Source of the DNA: an uncultured virus (IMG/VR IMGVR_UViG_3300043443_000309)
Taxonomy: Duplodnaviria; Heunggongvirae; Uroviricota; Caudoviricetes
Virus record (IMG/VR): IMGVR_UViG_3300043443_000309
Length of the DNA stretch: 64,000 nt
Strand: one strand, 5' to 3'
Below, in pieces: positions 51,409 to 59,600 of the stretch. Position 1 is the first letter of the stretch. Every line of letters begins with the position of its first letter. Under the pieces are notes generated by a model. It saw nothing but the letters and a program-made list of their open reading frames with translations, did no database searches and was not told the origin of the DNA. Position numbers and translations under genes: made by a program.

Positions 51409-52281
51409 ATGTCTAAAGCGTTACAATACAACCTCGATGAATCAAAAAGAATCGGCTGGAATGCTGGCATCTTAGGGTTGTCAAAAATTGATGAAGATTT
51501 TGTGGAGGCAGTAAAAGACTTCCAGAGACAGTATAACCTAACTGCTGATGGTATGCTAGGTCCAAATACATACCGTAGAATCTTGCTTGAGAAAGACAGA
51601 GCAAATGATGTAAAACCAACAGTTCCAGCATGGAGCGGGAGCCGTATTATCTGCAATGGCCAGGAGATCCCACTAAAATCAGGTAAAGCTGTTACTTGGA
51701 AAGATAAAGGCGGTTTCGTTCTAACAAAAGGCTTTGTGAAGAAGACTAGCAGAAAGCCAAACTTGTTCGTAACACATTGGGATGTCTGCTTATCGGCAGC
51801 CAGTTGTTATAACGTTTTGAAAGATCGAGGTCTGTCAGTTCACTTCTCAATTGATAATGATGGTACAATCTATCAATACCTTGACACAGCTAACATAGCA
51901 TGGCACGCCTCACCAGCCAACGAGGTTTCGATTGGCGTGGAAGTATCCAATGCTTATTACACAAAGCATCAAGATTGGTATGTCAAGAATGGCTTTGGTC
52001 CAAGACCAATAACCAAAGCAGTCAAGGGCCACGGAGGATCTATTGAACCCCACTTAGACTTCTATCCAGCACAATACGAGGCTTTGGCTTCTTTGTGGGA
52101 AGCTGTTCACCGCGCTCATGGCATTCCTCTTGAACTACCTCACCGATTTGACAGCACCATTGATTGGGAAAGCTTTAGTGGTTTCGTAAATCATTTCCAC
52201 ATTACTTCTAGAAAGATTGATTGCTTTGGTATGGATCATTATAAAGTCCTCAACCGTGCAATTCAATTATCGAACCAGTGA
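51409..52281 (+). CDS. Endolysin: peptidoglycan-binding domain plus N-acetylmuramoyl-L-alanine amidase (Amidase_2)
   Basis: AVKDFQRQYNLTADGMLGPNT (PG-binding); VTHW, SVHFSIDNDGTIYQ, AWHA, SIGVE and NHF...KID. Confidence 0.88.
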   Translation: MSKALQYNLDESKRIGWNAGILGLSKIDEDFVEAVKDFQRQYNLTADGMLGPNTYRRILLEKDRANDVKPTVPAWSGSRIICNGQEIPLKSGKAVTWKDKGGFVLTKGFVKKTSRKPNLFVTHWDVCLSAASCYNVLKDRGLSVHFSIDNDGTIYQYLDTANIAWHASPANEVSIGVEVSNAYYTKHQDWYVKNGFGPRPITKAVKGHGGSIEPHLDFYPAQYEALASLWEAVHRAHGIPLELPHRFDSTIDWESFSGFVNHFHITSRKIDCFGMDHYKVLNRAIQLSNQ

Positions 52282-52293
52282 CAAGTTTTTGAC

Positions 52294-52322
52294 TTGACGG
52301 CCCTGCGGTACGATGCTACATT
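52294..52322 (+). promoter_or_regulatory. Sigma70-type promoter TTGACG-17-TACATT with extended TG, embedded in a hairpin
   Basis: -35 at 52294-52299, -10 at 52317-52322. Confidence 0.75.
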
Positions 52323-52339
52323 CATTGTACGAGGGCCGA

Positions 52340-53521
52340 ATGATTTTCCAGACGTTTGATTCCAAGAACGAATGCGCTGCTGTATTTGCTGATAACAGAC
52401 TATCGGGAATTGACAATGTAGATTTCTCTAGCTTCAACCGTACTTGGGGTTGGGCACCCTATTTGCCTTCGGGTATTGACTTCGCCAAGATCTATGTTGG
52501 TGGCAAAGAACTTGATGAAGTTTGTCCTGAAGAATACAAAGAAGAGTACGATAAAGCTAGTTCGAAATTGAAGGCTCTATACCGTTCTTTCCTATTGGCA
52601 AAGATCAACATGAATGAGAATTGCTTCTATGATTTGGTTAGCAAGGGTTTCTTAGAAGACTATGCAAAGGTAAAGAATAAGATTTGCGATTGGATTTTCA
52701 ACAATGTTGAGAAGCCTAGTAATCATGATTACCTTGTTAGACTACAAGAAGTTCTTCATGACATTTCAAATCGTAGGCTGATAATCGACACAGCAGCTAT
52801 GCAACAAGAAAAGCATAGAAAGAAAGTCAGAGACTTTGCTGAAAAGCTTAGAGAATACCCGCGAAAGATTGTGTATAACTCTTTCTCGTCTAAGACCGGT
52901 CGTTTATCTACAACCAAGGATTCGTTTCCTATTCTTCGGTTTGACAAAGACCTTCGACGGTTTATCAAGCCAACAAATGACATGTTCTTGGAAATCGATT
53001 ATAATGCCGCTGATCTGCGATCTTTGTTCTTGATCCAAGGGAAAGACCAGCCAAACATCGACATTCACGATTGGAACATCCAAAATGTGTTCGGTAAGGA
53101 TACAGATAGAGACTTGGCAAAGAAGATGATCTTTGGTTGGTTGTACGATCTAGACAAGAGAGATAATCGACTAGAGAAAGTTTATGGTCGTGATTACTTA
53201 CTAAGGGAGTGTTGGGATGGTGAAGCAGTTGAAAATCCTTTTGGCAGGAGAATCCAGTGTGATAAGGAACATGCCATTTCTTATTTGGTCCAAAGCACAA
53301 CGGCAGATTACGTTGGTAGAAAACTTATTGAGATCTTTGATCTCTTGAAAGGTAAGAAGTCTTATCTTGCTTTCTCAATTCACGATTCGATCATAATCGA
53401 CTTTGATTGGTCTGAACGGAATTTGATTTTGCCAATCCTGAAGCTTGTTCGCAAAGAAGGGTTTGTTGCAACATTGAAAGCAGGAAATGATTTTGAAAAT
53501 CTAAAGGTTATTGAACTATGA
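52340..53521 (+). CDS. Short family A DNA polymerase-like protein
   Basis: TGRLS, motif A EIDYNAADLR, motif B RDLAKKMIFGWLY, FGRR, VQST.AD and motif C IHDS; ATG 52340 follows GAGGG. Confidence 0.85.
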   Translation: MIFQTFDSKNECAAVFADNRLSGIDNVDFSSFNRTWGWAPYLPSGIDFAKIYVGGKELDEVCPEEYKEEYDKASSKLKALYRSFLLAKINMNENCFYDLVSKGFLEDYAKVKNKICDWIFNNVEKPSNHDYLVRLQEVLHDISNRRLIIDTAAMQQEKHRKKVRDFAEKLREYPRKIVYNSFSSKTGRLSTTKDSFPILRFDKDLRRFIKPTNDMFLEIDYNAADLRSLFLIQGKDQPNIDIHDWNIQNVFGKDTDRDLAKKMIFGWLYDLDKRDNRLEKVYGRDYLLRECWDGEAVENPFGRRIQCDKEHAISYLVQSTTADYVGRKLIEIFDLLKGKKSYLAFSIHDSIIIDFDWSERNLILPILKLVRKEGFVATLKAGNDFENLKVIEL

Positions 53522-54351
53522 ACGTAATAGGTCTAGGTGGTGTAGGTTCTAGGATTGCTGCTCAGTTTGAACGGCATCCACAATACAATGTTGTTTGTGT
53601 TGACCACGAACAACAAGTAGAAAGGACTATTCGTATCAAGAAACATACTGATCCCGAAGCGTATGAAGCAACTAACATAGACTTGACAATGTTGAATGGC
53701 ACATTGACCAGCGATGATGTTATAATGATAACGAGTGGTGGTTCTCTTGCCTCTGCTCTATCTCTCCGAATTTTGGAAAGTATCAAGGATCGAACAATCA
53801 CTGTTATCTGCATTCAAGCAGATCCCTTATCGCTGAACCCAAAGAAAGCACTTCATCAGAAGGTCTTGATCAATGTGTTGCAGCACTTTGCGCGATCAGG
53901 AATGTTCGGTCGGATCTATTTAGTAAGTAACCAAAGTGTTGAAGAAATAGCAGGTGAATTGCCCGTTATTGGTTATTGGGACCAAATCAACGCTTTGATT
54001 ACTGATACTTTTCACATGCTGAATGTCTATCGGAATAATCGCCCTGTAATGGGTTCTTTCGAAGACCCGTCTGAAACAAATCGTATCTCCACTGTTGGCG
54101 TCAAGGATTTGCAAACAGGTCAGAAAAAGATGTTCTACAGCATTGACAGCGTAAGAGAAGAGTGTTACATTTATGCTATCAACGAGTCACGGTTATCGAA
54201 ATCGAACGACCTGTTGAAGCGTGCCAAAGAAGAAGTAAGAACTAGCACAACGGAAACCAAATCCGTTTCATTCAGTTTCTATCCAACAAAATACGATAGA
54301 GATTTAGTGTATGTCTTGGAACATACTTCATTCGTACAAGAGCAGCGGTAA
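53518..54351 (+). CDS. Tubulin/FtsZ-superfamily protein (PhuZ/TubZ-like), degenerate
   Basis: N-terminal VIGLGGVGSRIA; SGGSLASA in place of GGGTGSG; YLVSN and INALI segments. Confidence 0.65.
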   Translation: MNVIGLGGVGSRIAAQFERHPQYNVVCVDHEQQVERTIRIKKHTDPEAYEATNIDLTMLNGTLTSDDVIMITSGGSLASALSLRILESIKDRTITVICIQADPLSLNPKKALHQKVLINVLQHFARSGMFGRIYLVSNQSVEEIAGELPVIGYWDQINALITDTFHMLNVYRNNRPVMGSFEDPSETNRISTVGVKDLQTGQKKMFYSIDSVREECYIYAINESRLSKSNDLLKRAKEEVRTSTTETKSVSFSFYPTKYDRDLVYVLEHTSFVQEQR

Positions 54352-54412
54352 GAATAAATCTTCTTACTGACTTTAGAGTAAATCTCACAACTAACAAAAA
54401 GGAAAAACTAAA

Positions 54413-55201
54413 ATGGCTATTGACATTAACAAGATGAAGGCTAAGCTTTCTGCAACTGAGAACAAGGGTGACACTTCTAGCAAGGTATCTACCTTTTGGA
54501 AGCCCGTAGAGGGCGAGCAGGACATTCGCATTGTGTGCCCATCGGATGGTGATCCATTCCGTGATTTCCACTTCCACTACCTTGAAGTTGGCGGCAAGCG
54601 TAAGACCGTCCTATGTCTGAAGAAGAACTTTGGCGAGCAATGCCCAATCTGTGAGTTCGCATCACAAACTTGGCGTGATGGTGTCGCAAACAACGACGAT
54701 GAAGATAAGAAGCTTGCTAAGTCGCTATTCGTGAAGGAGCGTTACTTCTCACCTGTTTTGGTTCGTGGTGAGGAAGACAAGGGTGTCCGTGTTTGGGGTT
54801 ACGGTGGAACCGTTTACAAGAAGCTTCTAAGCCTTGTTCTGAACCCTGACTATGGTGACATTACTGATACTGAGGAAGGAACTGACTTGACAATTTCCTA
54901 CTCCACAAAGACTGGTCGCATGTTCGCAGAGACTGATGTTGCACCTCGCCGTAAGACTTCGACGCTTTGCTCTAAGGCAATCGGTGGAGCAGCACGTTGT
55001 GCCGAGTTGCTTGATAACATGCCAGCGTTTGATACTCTCTTTGAGCGTCTAACCGCACAGCAGATTACCAATCTTCTTGATGAGTTCCTAAGCGATCAGA
55101 ACGGTGCTGGACCAGAAATTCAGAAGTATAATGCAGATACTGGCTCGGAAGACGACCTTTTGAACTCTGTTTTCCGCGAAATCAGTGCCGGTAGTAAGTG
55201 A
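54413..55201 (+). CDS. Single-stranded DNA-binding protein (gp32-like)
   Basis: FWKP, IRIV, HFHY, C...CPIC, YGDITD..EG.D and an acidic C-terminus. Confidence 0.82.
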   Translation: MAIDINKMKAKLSATENKGDTSSKVSTFWKPVEGEQDIRIVCPSDGDPFRDFHFHYLEVGGKRKTVLCLKKNFGEQCPICEFASQTWRDGVANNDDEDKKLAKSLFVKERYFSPVLVRGEEDKGVRVWGYGGTVYKKLLSLVLNPDYGDITDTEEGTDLTISYSTKTGRMFAETDVAPRRKTSTLCSKAIGGAARCAELLDNMPAFDTLFERLTAQQITNLLDEFLSDQNGAGPEIQKYNADTGSEDDLLNSVFREISAGSK

Positions 55202-55258
55202 TAAAAACTACTTATACTCGACCGGAGTGCTTCGGCACTCCGGTTTCGGAGTATGGGT

Positions 55259-55471
55259 ATGAAAGAAGAAGACGAGCGTTTGTATCAGTTTGATCGCGAA
55301 TACACTGTATTGATAGTTTTCATGATGATTTTGCTTTGGTCTGCGCTGCCGTTTTTCATTGCCATGAACAGCAAAGAAGAACCAGACGTAGTACAAGTAT
55401 CTGAAGCTATGAATAAAGTTTATGTTGTTAGCAAAGATCATTCTAGAGCGCACGCATTTACAACAAACTAA
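55259..55471 (+). CDS. Small single-TM membrane protein
   Basis: TM segment VLIVFMMILLWSALPFFIAM; GGAG SD; alternative ATG at 55253. Confidence 0.55.
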   Translation: MKEEDERLYQFDREYTVLIVFMMILLWSALPFFIAMNSKEEPDVVQVSEAMNKVYVVSKDHSRAHAFTTN

Positions 55472-55482
55472 ATGGAGTTTTC

Positions 55483-56613
55483 ATGGCCCGTAAGACAGAA
55501 GTGAAGCCGGGCAAACTATCCATTGCAGAGATGAGAAACCTTGTCAATAAGAAATACGGACAAGAGATTGCTCACGATCTATCCAAAGAAAATCCTACAG
55601 AGGTAACCGATTGGGTACCCACAGGAGCGCGCTGGCTAGATTCAATCATCTGTCGTGGAAAGCTTGCTGGTATTCCCGTTGGAAAGATTACAGAGATTGC
55701 CGGTCTAGAAGGTACTGGTAAATCCTACATGGCTGCTCAGATTGCAGCTAACGCTATGGCCAAAGGAATGGACGTAGTTTATTTCGATTCAGAATCAGCA
55801 GTAGATCCAGAGTTTTTGGAAGCTACTGGTTGTGATCTAGATAAGCTCTTGTACATTCAGGCAACAACAACAGAACTAGTATTGGAAACAATTGAAGAGC
55901 TTCTATCTGCTAATAACGGATCAATGTTCTTTATTTGGGATTCGCTAGCTAACACACCAGCAGCAGCAGACGTTGAAGGTTCATTCGATCCTATGTCGTC
56001 TATGGCTATGAAGCCTAGAATTCTTTCTAGGGCATTCTCAAAGCTAACAATTCCTATTGCTAATACTAAGTCTACCCTTCTAATTCTAAATCAGCTAAAG
56101 ACGAACATTACTTCGAATAGGGCTGAGCTTTTGACCGATCCTTACTTCACTCCCGGTGGTAAGGCACCAGCATACGCTTATTCATTGCGTATTTGGTTGA
56201 CTGGTCGTAAAGCTAAGGATAGCTACATTCTAGATGAACGTGGATACCCTATCGGTTCAGAAGTAAAAGCCAAGATCAAGAAGTCTCGTTTCGGTTCATT
56301 GAACCGCGAATGTACCTTCAAGATTATTTGGGCTGGTGGTCTCGCTAAGGTTCAAGACGAAGAAAGCTGGTTCAATGCAGTCAAGTCGTCTAAGCATCTA
56401 GAGCAAGCTGGTGCTTGGTTCTCGTTGGTCTATGAAGATGGTACTAAAGAGAAGTTCCAAGCAGCTAACTGGAAAGAAAAGCTGGAATCTCAGAAGTTCA
56501 GAGATCGCGTTCTGCAATTGATGGATGAAGAGATTATTGTCAAGTTCGAAACTAGAGAAGGCAATGCTGAAGATTACTTCGACATTGATTCTGAACCAAG
56601 CGAGCTAGACTGA
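55483..56613 (+). CDS. recA: RecA/UvsX recombinase
   Basis: GIPVGKITEIAGLEGTGKS, YFDSE, IWDS, LNQLK, TPGGKA and KKSRF motifs. Confidence 0.93.
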   Translation: MARKTEVKPGKLSIAEMRNLVNKKYGQEIAHDLSKENPTEVTDWVPTGARWLDSIICRGKLAGIPVGKITEIAGLEGTGKSYMAAQIAANAMAKGMDVVYFDSESAVDPEFLEATGCDLDKLLYIQATTTELVLETIEELLSANNGSMFFIWDSLANTPAAADVEGSFDPMSSMAMKPRILSRAFSKLTIPIANTKSTLLILNQLKTNITSNRAELLTDPYFTPGGKAPAYAYSLRIWLTGRKAKDSYILDERGYPIGSEVKAKIKKSRFGSLNRECTFKIIWAGGLAKVQDEESWFNAVKSSKHLEQAGAWFSLVYEDGTKEKFQAANWKEKLESQKFRDRVLQLMDEEIIVKFETREGNAEDYFDIDSEPSELD

Positions 56614-56635
56614 CAATCGCTTGACAGCTTGCTGC

Positions 56636-56664
56636 TCGACTCGTAGCCCCTCATGCGTTATAAT
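56636..56664 (+). promoter_or_regulatory. Sigma70-type promoter TCGACT-17-TATAAT, embedded in a hairpin
   Basis: -35 at 56636-56641, -10 at 56659-56664. Confidence 0.7.
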
Positions 56665-56683
56665 AAAAGCGTATGAGGGGTTC

Positions 56684-57154
56684 ATGAGTTTGACTAAGCG
56701 CCAGCGTAGGTATTTGGAACTGGCTAAGAAGATTGCGACCAGTTCGGATTCGCCCGACTATCGGCATGGTGCCGTGCTTGTCAAGGGTGGTTCTGTTATC
56801 AATACGTCTTGCAACGATTTGCGTTCTGTTTGGTGGGCAAATCGTTTTCGCAATCATAACTGTGGTCATGCCACGCAACACGCCGAGGTCGGTGCTGTTC
56901 TTGGCATTGCTCGCGACGTTACCGATGGGGCTGTTATGTATGTCGCCCGTGTTGGTAAGCGTAATGACTTTCGGCTTTCTAAGCCGTGTCCGATGTGTCT
57001 CCGCGTTATGGAACATGTCGGGATCAAGAAGGTGGTTTACACCGTTGATGATGAACATGTGGCCAGTATCAAGTTGAATGCTGGCTTGACGGATGATGAT
57101 CTTTTCTATCAGACTAGGCAACCGCAAAAGAAGGAGGTAACCAATGGCGACTGA
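56684..57154 (+). CDS. Cytidine/deoxycytidylate deaminase family protein
   Basis: HGAVLVKGG, HAE and SKPCPMC Zn motifs; ATG 56684 follows GAGGGG. Confidence 0.85.
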   Translation: MSLTKRQRRYLELAKKIATSSDSPDYRHGAVLVKGGSVINTSCNDLRSVWWANRFRNHNCGHATQHAEVGAVLGIARDVTDGAVMYVARVGKRNDFRLSKPCPMCLRVMEHVGIKKVVYTVDDEHVASIKLNAGLTDDDLFYQTRQPQKKEVTNGD

Positions 57155-58139
57155 TAATGCTAAGCGAGTTATGATTATTGATGGTTTGAACATGTACCTG
57201 CGAGGCTACATTGTCAATCCATCTATCTCAACCAATGGTAACCCTATTGGTGGAGTTGTTGGTTTTCTTGGGTCACTCAACAAGCTTATGCGCGAGCTAA
57301 AGCCTACCCAAGTCGTTATCTGTTGGGATGGTCCCGGCGGCTCTCAGAAGCGTCGTGAGATTGTCAAGGAGTATAAGGCTGGTCGTAAGCCTATCCGTAC
57401 CAACTACCAAGTGGAAGGTATGAATGAACAAAGCCAAAAGGAAAATCAAGTTTGGCAACATTCCTTGCTGCTTGAAGTTCTGAACGAAATGCCTATTGTT
57501 CAGCTTATGCTTGAGCATGTTGAGGCAGACGATCTTATTTCATACGTCTGCTCTCATCAGAACTATGCTGGTTGGCAGAAGGTTATTGTATCTTCCGATA
57601 AGGACTTCTTGCAACTTCTGAATGAGGAAACAATCTTGTTCCGTCCTATTCAAAAGCAAATTCACACTACCAAGAATGTTATTGAGGAGTTCGGGATTGC
57701 ACCTGAGAACTTTGCTGTTGCTAGGGCTATCTCTGGCGATAAGTCAGACAATCTTCCCGGTATCAGCGGTATCGGGCTTCCTACGGTTGCTAAGCGGTTT
57801 CCTTTCTTGAAAGAGACCAAGAGCTACTTCCTTCCTGACATTTTGCAATACTGTCAAGACAACCAAAAGGCATCTGCTGCCTACAAGAGCATTGCTAGCA
57901 ACTTTCCGGTTGTTGAAAGCAATTACAAGATGATGAACTTGACGCCTCCATCGATTTCCATTCAAGGCAAAGAGAAGGTCAATTATGCTTTGGATAACTT
58001 TGCTTTTGATCTGAACATCACCAACTTGAAGTCGCTCTCGCTGAAGAACGGCTTTGCAGCTTTCGATTGGTCTGACATTACCGTTAGCCTTCGACGGATT
58101 GTGTCAAGCAACAGCAAACAGCTTGACCATGCACAGTGA
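57144..58139 (+). CDS. 5'-3' exonuclease / RNase H (T4 rnh-like flap endonuclease)
   Basis: IIDGLN, WDG, YKAGR, EADD, SSDKDFLQL and GDKSDNLPGI.GIG motifs. Confidence 0.92.
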   Translation: MATDNAKRVMIIDGLNMYLRGYIVNPSISTNGNPIGGVVGFLGSLNKLMRELKPTQVVICWDGPGGSQKRREIVKEYKAGRKPIRTNYQVEGMNEQSQKENQVWQHSLLLEVLNEMPIVQLMLEHVEADDLISYVCSHQNYAGWQKVIVSSDKDFLQLLNEETILFRPIQKQIHTTKNVIEEFGIAPENFAVARAISGDKSDNLPGISGIGLPTVAKRFPFLKETKSYFLPDILQYCQDNQKASAAYKSIASNFPVVESNYKMMNLTPPSISIQGKEKVNYALDNFAFDLNITNLKSLSLKNGFAAFDWSDITVSLRRIVSSNSKQLDHAQ

Positions 58140-58151
58140 TTCGGTTATGAT
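58123..58151 (+). promoter_or_regulatory. Sigma70-type promoter TTGACC-17-TATGAT
   Basis: Near-consensus boxes upstream of the helicase; shares sGTTAT context with the promoters at 15823, 56636 and 62359. Confidence 0.7.
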
Positions 58152-58178
58152 AGAGATCTACAAAGAAGAGGTACACTA

Positions 58179-59600
58179 ATGTTGGAACAGAAGCCGGTAA
58201 ACTTCGCACAGTACGGCAAGTCTTTCCAAGAAGACCTATGTAGCTTGATTCTCGATGATCGGCCTTTCGCTGATCAACTTCTTGAAGTATTTGATCCAAA
58301 TTTCTTGGAACTAAAGTATCTTCGTGTATTTGTCGAGAAGATTGTTGAACACAGGACAAAGTATAAAATTCATCCAAGTCGTAAGACCATGGTGACTATT
58401 ATCAAGTCTGGTCTGAATGACGAGAACGATGCTACGAAGAAGCAAGTTGTTGATTTCGTAGCAAGGGTATTCGCTAGGGAAGAAGTAGAGCAATCAGAGT
58501 TCATCAAGGATACTTCACTTGATTTTTGCAAAAAGCAAAAGCTAAAAGAAGTAATGATCAAGTCTGCGAAGCTAATCAACACAGCTTCATTCGATGAAAT
58601 CACAAAGCTTATCACGGATGCTGTAAAGCTTGGCTCATCTACAGACTTTGGGTATGATTATCTAAAGGATTTCGAACGTCGTTTCGAACTAAAGTCAAGA
58701 GATCCCATTCCCACCACATGGTCAGAGATTGACCAGATTACCGGTGGCGGTATTGGCAAGGGTGAGTTGGGTGTTGTCATCGCCCCTACGGGTGCCGGTA
58801 AATCGATGGTATTGGTGCATTTGGGCGCGCAAGCAGTCAAGCAAGGTAAAACGGTAGTCCACTACACCCTAGAGCTATCAGACACCGTTATCGCGCAAAG
58901 ATACGATAGTTGTATTACACAACTTCCTCTAAGCGAATTGATGGACCACAAAGAAATCATCCGTCAATCAGTCGAGGAGGTTCCCGGCGCACTAGTTATC
59001 AAGGAATACCCCACCAAGACAGCTAGCGTGAACACCCTCCAATCGCACCTTGAAAGGCTGCGAGCAAAGGGTGTCAAAGTTGACATGGTTGTGGTAGACT
59101 ATGGTGACTTGCTAAAGCCTGTCACAAGAGATAAAGAAAAGAGGAATGAGCTAGAATCAATTTACGAGGGACTTAGAGGATTGGCACAGCAGTTCCAATG
59201 CCCTATCTGGACTGCTTCACAGACAAATCGCTCAGGGTTGAACGCTGAAGTTATTACAATGGAGTCAATCTCAGAAGCATTTTCAAAGTGTTTCGTAGCA
59301 GACTTCATCTTCACGGTTTCCCGCACGGTCGAAGATAAGCAAACAAATAGCGGTAGGATCTTTGTCGCCAAGAATCGGTTTGGACCTGATGGAATCGTAT
59401 TCCCTATTGACATGAACACTCGCAACGTTCACATTGGTATGAAGGTTCAAAACACAAATCAAGATCCCTTGTCACTTGGCCCAACAACAAATCTAACAGC
59501 CAAAGATCAAGCTCAGAGACTCAAAGATAAGTATAAGAAGTTTAGACAATCACTAAGAACACAAGGAACGGAGAACACATCAAATGAATCTAGCAACTAG
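58179..59600 (+). CDS. Replicative DNA helicase (DnaB/gp41-like)
   Basis: APTGAGKS, YTLE, IKEYP, VVDYGDL, TASQTNR and KNRFG motifs. Confidence 0.93.
   Translation: MLEQKPVNFAQYGKSFQEDLCSLILDDRPFADQLLEVFDPNFLELKYLRVFVEKIVEHRTKYKIHPSRKTMVTIIKSGLNDENDATKKQVVDFVARVFAREEVEQSEFIKDTSLDFCKKQKLKEVMIKSAKLINTASFDEITKLITDAVKLGSSTDFGYDYLKDFERRFELKSRDPIPTTWSEIDQITGGGIGKGELGVVIAPTGAGKSMVLVHLGAQAVKQGKTVVHYTLELSDTVIAQRYDSCITQLPLSELMDHKEIIRQSVEEVPGALVIKEYPTKTASVNTLQSHLERLRAKGVKVDMVVVDYGDLLKPVTRDKEKRNELESIYEGLRGLAQQFQCPIWTASQTNRSGLNAEVITMESISEAFSKCFVADFIFTVSRTVEDKQTNSGRIFVAKNRFGPDGIVFPIDMNTRNVHIGMKVQNTNQDPLSLGPTTNLTAKDQAQRLKDKYKKFRQSLRTQGTENTSNESSN

Noticed and set aside
54301..54360. Pseudoknot between gattta (54301) and the loop taaatc upstream of the SSB gene
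   Set aside because: A 6-nt AT-rich match is readily expected by chance.
56621..56683. Longer ORF-track starts (56621; also 15169, 20376, 32943, 52313, 61498, 62395)
   Set aside because: They overlap promoters or upstream genes; downstream ATGs have better SDs.
58123..58181. RBS-sequestering hairpin at the helicase promoter
   Set aside because: Only about 4 bp (agtg/cact) of pairing found, so this promoter does not follow the pattern.
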